Positions 19,227 to 28,518 of a DNA stretch of 64,000 nucleotides are shown piece by piece. Position 1 is the stretch's first letter, and the number at the start of each line of letters is the position of its first letter. Below the pieces are notes generated by a model. It had not been told where the DNA came from. It worked only from the letters and a program-made list of their open reading frames with translations, and did not search any database. A program made the position numbers and the translations under genes. The stretch is from a virus. The DNA lies in IMG/VR virus record IMGVR_UViG_3300048919_000265; one strand, written 5' to 3'.

Positions 19227-21008
19227 TTAATTTTTGAACTTATTCAACTCTTCTATGGCCCAGTCTCTAGCTTTAGTGCTCACTTTACCATTACTTATAG
19301 TGTAAATCATCACATTCTTCTCAAACAATGTAATATGAGACTTATTTAATCTCTCCATGGGCAAAAATAAATTTGTAAATAATCCAATAGCAGGACCAAC
19401 ACTAATCATTTGATTAAACAATTCATCATTAAGCAAACTGTCTGACAAGTCTAAAACAAAAGTGAAGAAGTAAGACTCCGGTAAGCTATCTAATGACAAC
19501 ATAACTTCATTATACGCGGTGAGGTTTTTATATTCTTTAATAACTATCTCATTACGCTTAATAATTAGGTCATTCATTTCCTCTAATGTTGCAGTTATAT
19601 CTTGCTGACTTGCAATAATCTTAAACAAATCTGGTTCATTAATGACAAACCTTGTAAAATTAACACCCATTTTTTCTTTATCCCATAGCCTTAGCCTTAG
19701 GCTATGAGGATTCATACGCACCCGTAATTGCACAAGTAGTAACTTTATAAAATCATAAACGGTTTCCGCTTCATCCTCATTATATAGGAAAATGCATGAC
19801 TGTTCTTCCGGATATTCAAACATAACAGGCTTATCATCTTTAATATCCAACAAAAATATACGATCCAAAATTGCTTGCTTCTCCATTTTAGTTAAGTCGA
19901 AGAATCTACTTTTTATATCTTCCACTTCCGCACTCAACGAACGCTCTAATTCCGCTAATTCATCTTTGATCAATTCCATAGCGGAAAGGCTCTTTCGGAT
20001 GGTTTCCTCTAAAACCGTTCTCCTGCTTTCCATTTCAGCAATAGTCGTTTGAGCAGTTTTTTCTAATGTAGATGCATCAAATTTAAAGCTAACAATGGCT
20101 TGTGTCCTAGCACTTGATATCTCGTCCTCTGCAAGGAGTAACTCTTGTAACGCCGCCTCTTTACTATCCGCAAAGTTTAATTCCATTGCCTGCAATTTTG
20201 CGGAAAACTCCTCCTTAGCTAATTCTCTCATCTGTGTTTCATACAACTCAAGGTTGTCCGACACTGCTTTATACTCTATTAAAGTCCTGGAATATAAAGC
20301 TCCCAACTTCACGTTTCTAAAAGCCGTGTAAAATAAGAAACTCAAATAAATAGGAAATGTGATCCAAGCAGTAGCTATCACTAAAACTGACAAAACTGCT
20401 GTCAATATGAGGGCACCCTTGGCATCACCTTTTATCTTTTCAGAACTGAAAGATCTTATAGCATCCTCTAACTTTTCTATTAAAGAAAGTCTCTCTTTCC
20501 TTTGGACTTGTTCAATTCTTTCCTTTAATGAATTGAAATTGGACAACAACGTTTGTATATCAGAGTCACTCAAGATAATAGTCGAAGAATTCAATTGCTT
20601 AACATACACATCAGCAAAACGAGAACCAATATCTCGACTTATCATTTCCTTAACTTCTAAACTTGACTCCTTTATTTCGAGCAAAGTTTTATTCTCGCTA
20701 GCCAGGCTATCATAGATATTATTTTCATCCAGAGAGTCCTTAGCTCTTCTGTACTGCTCCTCTAGTTCCTGTAAATCGTGGGCTACCTTGTCTCTCCGTG
20801 CTTGAGCCGAAATGGTGCTTTCACGCAAGTATCTTTCCTTCTCTAGTTGCTCGTTTTCTTCTATATCAAGCGCCAACTGTTGCTTAACCTGATTGATACT
20901 GCTGTCTATAACAGCGAGATCATCTTTACAACTCTGAATCTTCCTAGAATGCGTTATTTTTTCCCTCGTCTTTAATTTTATTTCTTCTTTTATGTTTTCA
21001 TAGCTCAT
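19227..21008 (-). CDS. Membrane-anchored coiled-coil protein with a degenerate C-terminal FtsK-like domain (EccCa/EssC N-part-like)
   Basis: Long coiled coils flanking a hydrophobic segment (ALILTAVLSVLVIATAWITFPIYLSFLFYTAF). The C-terminal ITATLEEMNDLIIKRNE...YKNLTAYNE...LPESYFFTFVLD follows the FtsK domain pattern but has no Walker A. Confidence 0.65.
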   Translation of the reverse strand: MSYENIKEEIKLKTREKITHSRKIQSCKDDLAVIDSSINQVKQQLALDIEENEQLEKERYLRESTISAQARRDKVAHDLQELEEQYRRAKDSLDENNIYDSLASENKTLLEIKESSLEVKEMISRDIGSRFADVYVKQLNSSTIILSDSDIQTLLSNFNSLKERIEQVQRKERLSLIEKLEDAIRSFSSEKIKGDAKGALILTAVLSVLVIATAWITFPIYLSFLFYTAFRNVKLGALYSRTLIEYKAVSDNLELYETQMRELAKEEFSAKLQAMELNFADSKEAALQELLLAEDEISSARTQAIVSFKFDASTLEKTAQTTIAEMESRRTVLEETIRKSLSAMELIKDELAELERSLSAEVEDIKSRFFDLTKMEKQAILDRIFLLDIKDDKPVMFEYPEEQSCIFLYNEDEAETVYDFIKLLLVQLRVRMNPHSLRLRLWDKEKMGVNFTRFVINEPDLFKIIASQQDITATLEEMNDLIIKRNEIVIKEYKNLTAYNEVMLSLDSLPESYFFTFVLDLSDSLLNDELFNQMISVGPAIGLFTNLFLPMERLNKSHITLFEKNVMIYTISNGKVSTKARDWAIEELNKFKN

Positions 21009-21646
21009 GTATAGATCATCTTCTTGTTACTGTATAACAAATACCATACCAAAAAAACATCATACAGAGCATTATGAGTAACATGCGCACTAGCATCATA
21101 ATTTACGAGTTTACAAAACTCTACGTATTTCTGTTTTATAGCAGCAGGACTATCTTTAGCCTTCAGTCTAATTAATTGCTCTAATTTAACAACCTTACCA
21201 TAATTAAGAGCCTTAGCTAGCATCTGCATGGCACATAGATTGTATCGTCCCTTAGTCAAACCTCTTTTGAGAGTTTCAATCTTATCCCCGAATTTAATAG
21301 TATCAAGACCTTGCAACGCTAAAGTATTATTAACTGCCCTAGAATCGAAGTTGTGATTATAGGTGATACTTATCATGTCAGGTAGCTCGAGAATTGAATT
21401 GCCATTAATTTGAATCTTATCCAATACGTCTTCTAAAAATTCACCACCCGATAACTTTAGAAGCAATTCTTTATTTAAGCCATGAACTGCCTCTGCTCCA
21501 AGGGCTATACTTGAATTTGTATAGCAATAACGATTAAATGCAAATTGAGCTTTCAAGTTAATATCCGTAACAATACCGGCTATTTGGATCACTTCAGCAT
21601 TCCCGTTTTTATCCGTAGTCTCCGTATCCCATATAACAAGCTTCAT
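21005..21646 (-). CDS. DEDDh (DnaQ-like) 3'-5' exonuclease
   Basis: VIWDTETT, AEAVHGL, YNHNFDSRAV, HNALYDV. Confidence 0.9.
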   Translation of the reverse strand: MKLVIWDTETTDKNGNAEVIQIAGIVTDINLKAQFAFNRYCYTNSSIALGAEAVHGLNKELLLKLSGGEFLEDVLDKIQINGNSILELPDMISITYNHNFDSRAVNNTLALQGLDTIKFGDKIETLKRGLTKGRYNLCAMQMLAKALNYGKVVKLEQLIRLKAKDSPAAIKQKYVEFCKLVNYDASAHVTHNALYDVFLVWYLLYSNKKMIYT

Positions 21647-21648
21647 CT

Positions 21649-22725
21649 TTATCCTCCACTATAATCGTTTTCTGCAGATTCCCTGTACCATTCCTTCAAG
21701 TATACCTTGTTACCTACGAAAATAGAGGCACCTTTCTTATCCCAATTTAGTGTTTTCAATGCTCCTACTTCAATAAATCCGCCCAACTGTGACTCTGAAA
21801 GAATCACGAAATTGTTTCTCTCTTTCGAGTTAGTGGCAAAAATTAAAAACTTGTTAGGACCCAATCTGTAAAATATACCACCTGTTTGTTGGTATATTTC
21901 TAAATTATCAACGTGGCTAAGTCCACAAAGTTCGAACAGTTGTTTGACCGAAACTCCTAAATTATTTGCATAATCTATCATCTGCAAGTACACACCTGTA
22001 TGCAAGTGATAACTTGCAGCATTATCAACTACGAATAGATATACCTTTTCGGGAACGTCTAAGATCTTCAGTACACAATGGGAGACCGCAGCATTAACAA
22101 CCTGCTTCATTTCCTCAGCAGTGATCATCTTAGATAGGAAAAATACATTCTGAGAAATACAATTTTCTTTTCCCTCTTTGACTACAAATTGAGGTAGAGA
22201 AAACTGTATTATCTTTTTGAACGTATCACTATTCAATAAAGTAGAAAGCACTGACTTATCTGTCACGTATTGATAATTCTTCATATATGAACTTAACGAA
22301 ACGGCACCCGAGGTAGAATTAAGTATCTTCTCCTCAGTATTACTAAAGTAATCACTTAGTATTCTAGCCAGTTCTTCTAAATATGGAGATAATCCTAAAC
22401 TCTTCTTTGCATAAAGGGAATCCCCGCTCTTTATACAATCTAGTGATTTCAACGCCTTGACTAGTGTCACGTCACTATTAACTTTCAGTAGCTTACGTAG
22501 CTCTTTCTTTTGTCCCGTATAATACATCTTTCTGTACTTAAACCTATCAGATGCAGACAAAGAGTTATCATGAGGGTAACCCATCAAACTATAGTAAGCA
22601 TCTTCCCGTGAAAGATTACACTTTTGAGCATATTCATCCAACATGCGCAAAAACTCTATAGGACCCTCACCTTTGAACATGTCAAAGTGAGTCCTAACTA
22701 ATTTCTCTAAGATCATATTCAACAC
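21649..22725 (-). CDS. Hypothetical protein (358 aa)
   Basis: Long ORF, RBS AGGGAG. Confidence 0.8.
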   Translation of the reverse strand: MLNMILEKLVRTHFDMFKGEGPIEFLRMLDEYAQKCNLSREDAYYSLMGYPHDNSLSASDRFKYRKMYYTGQKKELRKLLKVNSDVTLVKALKSLDCIKSGDSLYAKKSLGLSPYLEELARILSDYFSNTEEKILNSTSGAVSLSSYMKNYQYVTDKSVLSTLLNSDTFKKIIQFSLPQFVVKEGKENCISQNVFFLSKMITAEEMKQVVNAAVSHCVLKILDVPEKVYLFVVDNAASYHLHTGVYLQMIDYANNLGVSVKQLFELCGLSHVDNLEIYQQTGGIFYRLGPNKFLIFATNSKERNNFVILSESQLGGFIEVGALKTLNWDKKGASIFVGNKVYLKEWYRESAENDYSGG

Positions 22726-22728
22726 TCC

Positions 22729-23808
22729 CTATACTAAGGCTGCGTGTCGCATAACCTCTAGTAAATTTCCTACATTTGTATATCCATGTCTTCTAAAGAA
22801 ATTAACATTCCTACGCAAGAAGACATTATAGGTTGTAGATTCAACATAAAATCCTTGTTCATACTCACTCATCCCGCGGTATGCACTTTCGGTAACATAA
22901 GGATCCATATCTTCTTGAATACTCTCTAATCGGTACATTTTATTTGTTTTGTGCGGAATGTCACTATCCAACGCTTCAGCAGGCATTATCAGCCCCACCA
23001 AAATTCTGATTAGGATTTGGAAATTAAATGGAACCTTTTCACTCAAGCCCAACCCTTCTTTAATCTGTGTACTGGTTAAATGCGAGACTAACATTCCTAA
23101 GTCTCTAACTTCTGCCATGTCTTTAGAGATGAATTGAAACAGCTTGCGATCTTTTATAGACTCATAAATCTGAACATCATCATAAAATGGATTGAATAAA
23201 TCATGCGTTCTAACCATAGCAGGGAAAAATACCCCGCCTATTTTGTAAATGTCTCTACTTTTAAAATTGATTGAACGATTAAACCTATTCTCCATAATAT
23301 CCAATATTCCAGTAAATCCATTCATTCTAAACTTGTTTAACAAACTTGCAAGATCACCAGGTTTGAGTTCTTGCCCATTAGCTTTAGGTTCGAACTTGAC
23401 ATTCAAACTACTCTTATTAGGGATATTGACCCTAAACAAATTATACATATCACTCTCTGCATATAGAATTCGTAATGCCGGATTTGTTCTTATCTTCACA
23501 CTAAAAGCTGACTTACTCTTGCTCCACTCGTTAGTCCAGTCAGTGAAATCCCAGCCAAAAAGTTCACTACTAGCTATCTCATTTAAAATGCTAGTGTGTA
23601 TTTCAGGAGCAGGTATATCTATCCACATGTCTCCAACCTTACTCTTGGTATAAAACTCTAACTGATCCTCTACTATCTTAACATACACCTGCAACCCATT
23701 ACGGCGCTTAATCTGCCCATTTATAATCACAGCATATTTAGAGTTACCAACCAAATCCTTGATTGTCTTCTGTATGAATCTTATTTTGTCATTCACTAGT
23801 ATTACCAC
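22729..23808 (-). CDS. Hypothetical protein (359 aa)
   Basis: Long ORF in operon. Confidence 0.8.
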   Translation of the reverse strand: MVILVNDKIRFIQKTIKDLVGNSKYAVIINGQIKRRNGLQVYVKIVEDQLEFYTKSKVGDMWIDIPAPEIHTSILNEIASSELFGWDFTDWTNEWSKSKSAFSVKIRTNPALRILYAESDMYNLFRVNIPNKSSLNVKFEPKANGQELKPGDLASLLNKFRMNGFTGILDIMENRFNRSINFKSRDIYKIGGVFFPAMVRTHDLFNPFYDDVQIYESIKDRKLFQFISKDMAEVRDLGMLVSHLTSTQIKEGLGLSEKVPFNFQILIRILVGLIMPAEALDSDIPHKTNKMYRLESIQEDMDPYVTESAYRGMSEYEQGFYVESTTYNVFLRRNVNFFRRHGYTNVGNLLEVMRHAALV

Positions 23809-25061
23809 CTCTTAAGCTTCTTTTGAATAACAGAAATAAACGGTACATTACCCCCAGCAATTTCGTAACTGTCTGCACCATATGGTAACTTGTAATCACC
23901 AAAATAGATGTAAGAGCGCAAAACAAACAGTTCTAAATCTTGCTTTAGTTTGGCTTGTTTTATTTTTGTACGCATTGTTTTAGCGCATTCTACTCTGTCC
24001 AATAATCCAGTATTAGTAGTAGCTAATGCCTGCAATAACACGATACAAGCGTAGTCACGCAAGCTATCAAATCCAAACTTTTTGATCTCTTTCATTATTT
24101 CTGGCAATGTTAATTTTTCAGTGTACGCCTTTTCAAATAGCCAGATTGTTTTATTTAACATAACCTCACGATCGCGAACTGTTGGAGCCTTATACTTTAA
24201 TTTAAAAAGCACTCCATATTTCCTATCTTCATTAACCGGAGCTGCCGGTTGTTCCTTCACAAACTCTTCAACTTCTTCTTCCTCTTTGGGAAACAAAGCA
24301 TTTAATGTCGCAGTAACAAAATGCTCTAAGAAATCTGCAGCCACTTTACTACATTCCGCCTGATAAATTTTATAATTAAGAACTGGATCGAACAACTTAA
24401 AATAGGGTGTCATTAAAGGATAAATACTAAGTCCATCTTTTAACCTAAACACTCCTACTCTTTTACCATATAACGCGGCTATAGTCAAAAACTCTAGGGG
24501 ATATTTGCTTTCAAAGTAAGAAATATCTGATTCATTAATCGCAATATTTATATCCCCTAATTCAATAATCCCATCCTTCATTCTGATGACGGTTCTGGTT
24601 CTAAACCCTTCATCTGTAACAACTGAAAAATACACCGTCATTGTGCTTTTAGAAATCTCCAAGCTACTAAACTTAGCTACTCCCTTACCCTCTGGGGAAA
24701 TATCTTCATCTCCAGAAGGAACTGTATTATAATCCAGGTAATAACATTCTTTATCAACTAGATCAAGAATCAAGTCATAAATTGTAGTGATAGAGTTGGA
24801 AAATACTACCTTCTTTGTTCGTAAAAATTCTTGCAATACCTCAGGCTTATCTTCAACCTGTTTATTATTTATTCCCCACAGTACAAACCCATTTTTCACG
24901 CCGAAGTCAAAGCGATACTGATTTGCTTCCACCAAGTCAGCTAGTCCTTGTTCATCATGATATTCTACCGTACTTTCTAACATGTGGTCTCCAAACTTGA
25001 CGACCTCGTATACTTTGTTTTCTCCATCAGTAAAGGTAGAGTTTAAAAAGCAATTGTCCAA
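23802..25061 (-). CDS. Hypothetical protein (419 aa)
   Basis: Long ORF, RBS GAGGTGA. Confidence 0.8.
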   Translation of the reverse strand: MDNCFLNSTFTDGENKVYEVVKFGDHMLESTVEYHDEQGLADLVEANQYRFDFGVKNGFVLWGINNKQVEDKPEVLQEFLRTKKVVFSNSITTIYDLILDLVDKECYYLDYNTVPSGDEDISPEGKGVAKFSSLEISKSTMTVYFSVVTDEGFRTRTVIRMKDGIIELGDINIAINESDISYFESKYPLEFLTIAALYGKRVGVFRLKDGLSIYPLMTPYFKLFDPVLNYKIYQAECSKVAADFLEHFVTATLNALFPKEEEEVEEFVKEQPAAPVNEDRKYGVLFKLKYKAPTVRDREVMLNKTIWLFEKAYTEKLTLPEIMKEIKKFGFDSLRDYACIVLLQALATTNTGLLDRVECAKTMRTKIKQAKLKQDLELFVLRSYIYFGDYKLPYGADSYEIAGGNVPFISVIQKKLKRW

Positions 25062-25079
25062 GACTGTATCACCTCTCTA

Positions 25080-25325
25080 TTACTTAGTATTGATTTTTTG
25101 ATTGCTAGGTTCTTTTATATCTTTTGTTTCAATTGTATCATCCTTAGTTTCCTTTTCGCCATCTTTAGCAACTTCGCCTATAGCCGGCTTCTTCACGTCC
25201 AATGGATATAACCTAAAATCATTCTCATTAGTATCCAACCTCCAAGTCCAACGATGAGAAGGACCGCATCCTCCTAATAAAGAAACTACACTAATGAGTA
25301 AGATTATTTTTAGTATCTTGCTAAT
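25080..25325 (-). CDS. Unannotated small lipoprotein (81 aa), apparent ATT start
   Basis: Manual translation: (M)SKILKIILLISVVSLLGG|CGPSHRWTW...KINTK*. Lipoprotein signal with LGGC lipobox, SD GGGTG 7 nt upstream of ATT, fills the whole intergenic gap. Confidence 0.6.
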   Translation of the reverse strand: MSKILKIILLISVVSLLGGCGPSHRWTWRLDTNENDFRLYPLDVKKPAIGEVAKDGEKETKDDTIETKDIKEPSNQKINTK

Positions 25326-26188
25326 AGTTGATCACCCTTTGTCTTCGCTGATCCTTCCACAACCAATGGATACTCATAAGAATATCCCAACAACTCTTGT
25401 GTATTTATCAACATTTTATTTATAATATGCGCATACAAATGCTGTGGTTTACCGAAGCCCAACACTGCTGACATAGCATCTGTATAGATATTTCTCATAC
25501 GTAAATCCTCAATTCCTTGGGAGGCGTTATAAATAAGCTGCAAGAAATTATGCTTCAATTGTAAATTTATACGGTCCTGTAATTCTAAATATTCTGCGTA
25601 AGTATTCAGAACTTTAGAGGCCACAAAAAGCAAATCCTTAATAACAACTCCCGGGGTACCTGAGAACGCGACAATACTATTAGACACCATTTGTATAAGT
25701 TTAACATAACCACCTACCAAGCTACCGCAAACATTGGTGTAAGTATCATGCACAAAAGTGCTAGGGAATGCTCCTGTTATCCCTGCATGTTTCTCATAAA
25801 TACTGTTGACTGATACCAAAATCTCTTCTGCACGAGCTAATTTCCCCAAAAATAAGCTGTAATCAAAATCATTACCACTATAGGCTTGTATAGTAGATAT
25901 AATTAAGCTTAAGCCTCCATTAAACTCTTGTGCTATAAATTCCACTTCAACCGCTTGTTTCCTTAAATTGGCCAATGCCCTACCACTCTCTAAGAAATTT
26001 TGCACGTCGAACATTCTGCCTGTAATAGTATATTGATTAATATCCTTTAAATAAAATGATATAAATCCAGCATCAGTTTTAGCTGTACCATAATTAGTTC
26101 CCATTAGGTAGGCCAATGCCTTATTTTTACCATAATAATTTACCTTTTTTCCGTCCAAATACGCATTCTCTAAAACTCTCTCAAGCAT
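25310..26188 (-). CDS. YhaM/Cbf1-like protein (OB fold plus degenerate HD-like domain)
   Basis: TAKTDAGFISFYLKDINQYTITGRMF...EVEFIAQEFNGGLSLIISTI resembles the YhaM OB fold; GSLVGGYVKL sits where HHAY.GGL.H is expected. Confidence 0.5.
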   Translation of the reverse strand: MLERVLENAYLDGKKVNYYGKNKALAYLMGTNYGTAKTDAGFISFYLKDINQYTITGRMFDVQNFLESGRALANLRKQAVEVEFIAQEFNGGLSLIISTIQAYSGNDFDYSLFLGKLARAEEILVSVNSIYEKHAGITGAFPSTFVHDTYTNVCGSLVGGYVKLIQMVSNSIVAFSGTPGVVIKDLLFVASKVLNTYAEYLELQDRINLQLKHNFLQLIYNASQGIEDLRMRNIYTDAMSAVLGFGKPQHLYAHIINKMLINTQELLGYSYEYPLVVEGSAKTKGDQLLARY

Positions 26189-26239
26189 TGGTTACAACCT
26201 CCTATTAGTTAAGAACTTACCACCGATCCTAGAATAAAA

Positions 26240-26305
26240 TAAATAAGGAAGGGTTTGTATTAGGGTTTTATGTTACTAGCCCTAATACAAACCCTTCCTT
26301 ATTTA
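26240..26305. repeat. Perfect 26-bp inverted repeat with 14-nt spacer
   Basis: TAAATAAGGAAGGGTTTGTATTAGGG (26240-26265) and its exact reverse complement (26280-26305). Confidence 0.95.
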
Positions 26306-26357
26306 AACCATAATTTATGAGCTATAACATTCGCATTTAGAAATATTTTTAAGACAT

Positions 26358-26368
26358 ATTATAACATA
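26358..26368 (-). promoter_or_regulatory. Extended -10 promoter (sigma-A type)
   Basis: Minus strand TATG-T-TATAAT, a perfect TRTGnTATAAT, in an AT-rich intergenic region; no clear -35. Confidence 0.55.
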
Positions 26369-26416
26369 CTCAGAATTCCAAGAGTTAATTGACTGTTTCT
26401 ATAAAAACAATCTTTC

Positions 26417-26812
26417 TTACATGGCTTCGTAATAATATCTACTCTTATCCAAATACAACACAAGTACGAAAAGGAAATCTATAATCAATACTATTGTAAA
26501 AATCGGCCAATTCAAACTTGTGAATCCTATAGGTATAAGCTGATACCACACAACTTGTGCAATTCTTACCAATGCAACTGCAACGAGTGGAACCTTTTGA
26601 CCTAGGATTTGTCCTAAGCCATTTAGTAACCCATAGAAATGAATGAGCACAATGGCCCATTGAAAAATACTACCTATCCCAATTCCTGTAGGAGACAGTA
26701 TAGGTAATACAAAATTTAACACAAGCAATACAACAAACACGCCGCGCATTATATCTTGATTAACCAATAATTCCTTCTCATGCTTATTTAACCGTTTCCT
26801 AAATTTAGACAT
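26417..26812 (-). CDS. Small polytopic membrane protein (131 aa)
   Basis: Basic N-terminus followed by about 4 hydrophobic segments. Confidence 0.75.
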   Translation of the reverse strand: MSKFRKRLNKHEKELLVNQDIMRGVFVVLLVLNFVLPILSPTGIGIGSIFQWAIVLIHFYGLLNGLGQILGQKVPLVAVALVRIAQVVWYQLIPIGFTSLNWPIFTIVLIIDFLFVLVLYLDKSRYYYEAM

Positions 26813-26814
26813 AT

Positions 26815-27078
26815 CTACCCCTGCCCATTGTTGTGGTTCTCCTTACTGTATATTCGACTAATAGCATCTAGAACATCTTCCTGGGTGGCCTCTTCCGAAA
26901 TCTCTTCTGGCAATCTTACCTCTAAGGCCTGATTCTCACTAGGGGTACGTACAGTATTTATTTCTTGTCCCTCGTTCTGCACATATAACAGTTCTTCCAT
27001 GCGAGAATCTAGATTCCAGCTACTCAGATCTGCGAAAATAACCACTGCAGCTAGTAAAATAAAAGGTAAAATCAGCAC
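26815..27078 (-). CDS. Small protein with N-terminal TM/signal segment (87 aa)
   Basis: MLILPFILLAAVVIFA followed by an acidic tail. Confidence 0.65.
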   Translation of the reverse strand: MLILPFILLAAVVIFADLSSWNLDSRMEELLYVQNEGQEINTVRTPSENQALEVRLPEEISEEATQEDVLDAISRIYSKENHNNGQG

Positions 27079-27099
27079 AGAATATTCGCCACTTTCAAA

Positions 27100-27612
27100 T
27101 TAATCTAACTTGCTTAAACCTACTGCATAAAGTAAACCATTACCAAATCCTTGTCGTTTATCATCACAGTTAATAGCATTAACAAGTTCCAAAGCCTGCG
27201 ACAATTTGCTTGCTTCTCTACAAACTAACACCCATTCTGTTGTAAAGCCAGAAAAATGGATTTCCTTTGAGTCCAGAAATGTAGGTAGATTTTCCTTAAA
27301 ATACACTTCAACCGCAGGCTTATTCAAAACAACAAGGCTTGTCGATTCCACTGAATATTCAGCGGCCACGTCTGTTGTCTTTTCATCACCAAGCACTGAA
27401 CTCTTCCCTCTTTTAACATTTCCCTTTTTCCTTCTCGGAAGATCAAATTCCTTGATCAGCGCATTAAACTTGGGGAGTGCTAACCCTAACTCCTCTCCAA
27501 GTTCTTTGTTACTTAGGGGCAATTCACGATATTTAATCAACATTTCCTTTTGTTCTTCCTTAGATAATCTACATAAATCTGAATACTTCAAGACACCTGT
27601 GAAATTAGTCAT
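27100..27612 (-). CDS. Hypothetical protein with possible N-terminal HTH
   Basis: LSNKELGEELGLALPKFNALIKEFDL is HTH-like; start moved to ATG 27612 for RBS spacing. Confidence 0.5.
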   Translation of the reverse strand: MTNFTGVLKYSDLCRLSKEEQKEMLIKYRELPLSNKELGEELGLALPKFNALIKEFDLPRRKKGNVKRGKSSVLGDEKTTDVAAEYSVESTSLVVLNKPAVEVYFKENLPTFLDSKEIHFSGFTTEWVLVCREASKLSQALELVNAINCDDKRQGFGNGLLYAVGLSKLD

Positions 27613-27641
27613 TCTAAACAACTCCTGTTATAGTATCAACA

Positions 27642-27980
27642 CTACGGGTTAAATAGGCCTAAAATCTTCATTTTTTCTTTTTCAACCTTTTTTATATCCC
27701 CAAACAGTAACACATGAACCTTAATTAATCCATCCCGAGCTCCTTCCCAAAATTCATCAGAATATCCTCTATCTCGACCCTTTTGCAACTTAACATCAAG
27801 ACTCTGGATAGAAGCTTTAAAATCTTCCACACCAGCTTCCACATCGTATAATACTAATCCTTCTCCGACACCCTTTACAAATCCGGCAGTTTTATCGGCT
27901 TCGCTGTTATCAGCTAATGCAGCTCGATATTTAGCAATTGCTTCTTCTTCTATCTTTTCAATATCCTTTCTGCCTACCAC
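27642..27980 (-). CDS. Hypothetical protein (112 aa)
   Basis: ORF in operon. Confidence 0.7.
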   Translation of the reverse strand: MVGRKDIEKIEEEAIAKYRAALADNSEADKTAGFVKGVGEGLVLYDVEAGVEDFKASIQSLDVKLQKGRDRGYSDEFWEGARDGLIKVHVLLFGDIKKVEKEKMKILGLFNP

Positions 27981-27982
27981 GA

Positions 27983-28189
27983 CTAACCCCCAACATAATG
28001 ATATTTAAAAATATTAAAAACCGTACGAATGTACAAAACAAACGCAACCAATAAACCATCAAGCGCTGCAAAGTCTTCTTTAATCCCAGGGTTTAACCTA
28101 CTCCCACCCACAGCAAAACTTAACACACAAACTATTACACAAAGAGCTACCAACAACCCTTGTAACCCGCGTCTATTCTTTTTAAACAA
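27983..28189 (-). CDS. Small 2-TM membrane protein (68 aa)
   Basis: Two hydrophobic segments. Confidence 0.6.
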   Translation of the reverse strand: MFKKNRRGLQGLLVALCVIVCVLSFAVGGSRLNPGIKEDFAALDGLLVAFVLYIRTVFNIFKYHYVGG

Positions 28190-28192
28190 ATA

Positions 28193-28486
28193 TTACTTTA
28201 CTCTTTTGAAATAATCATGCTTGACACCCTCAGAGATCTCTTCTTTACGGGATACTAACAAAGAAATGACAAACATCCAGAGAAGTCCGAATACACTACA
28301 AGTCCCATAAATAAAATAATCCAATGTCATATAAATACCGAAGTCCCCATCCTGCCACTCCACCAATGCAATTACCGTAGCCGTTAAAGTAATAAGAACC
28401 GCAGCTGTAACTCCAATACCTTGAAAAAATTTACCGATATCCACCGGACTTTCTTGAACTTTATTAACATTAACTTCGTTATTCAT
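28193..28486 (-). CDS. Small 2-TM membrane protein (97 aa)
   Basis: RBS AGGAGGT; two hydrophobic segments. Confidence 0.75.
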   Translation of the reverse strand: MNNEVNVNKVQESPVDIGKFFQGIGVTAAVLITLTATVIALVEWQDGDFGIYMTLDYFIYGTCSVFGLLWMFVISLLVSRKEEISEGVKHDYFKRVK

Positions 28487-28518
28487 TTTTATTACCTCCT
28501 ATTATTCACTGTTTTATA

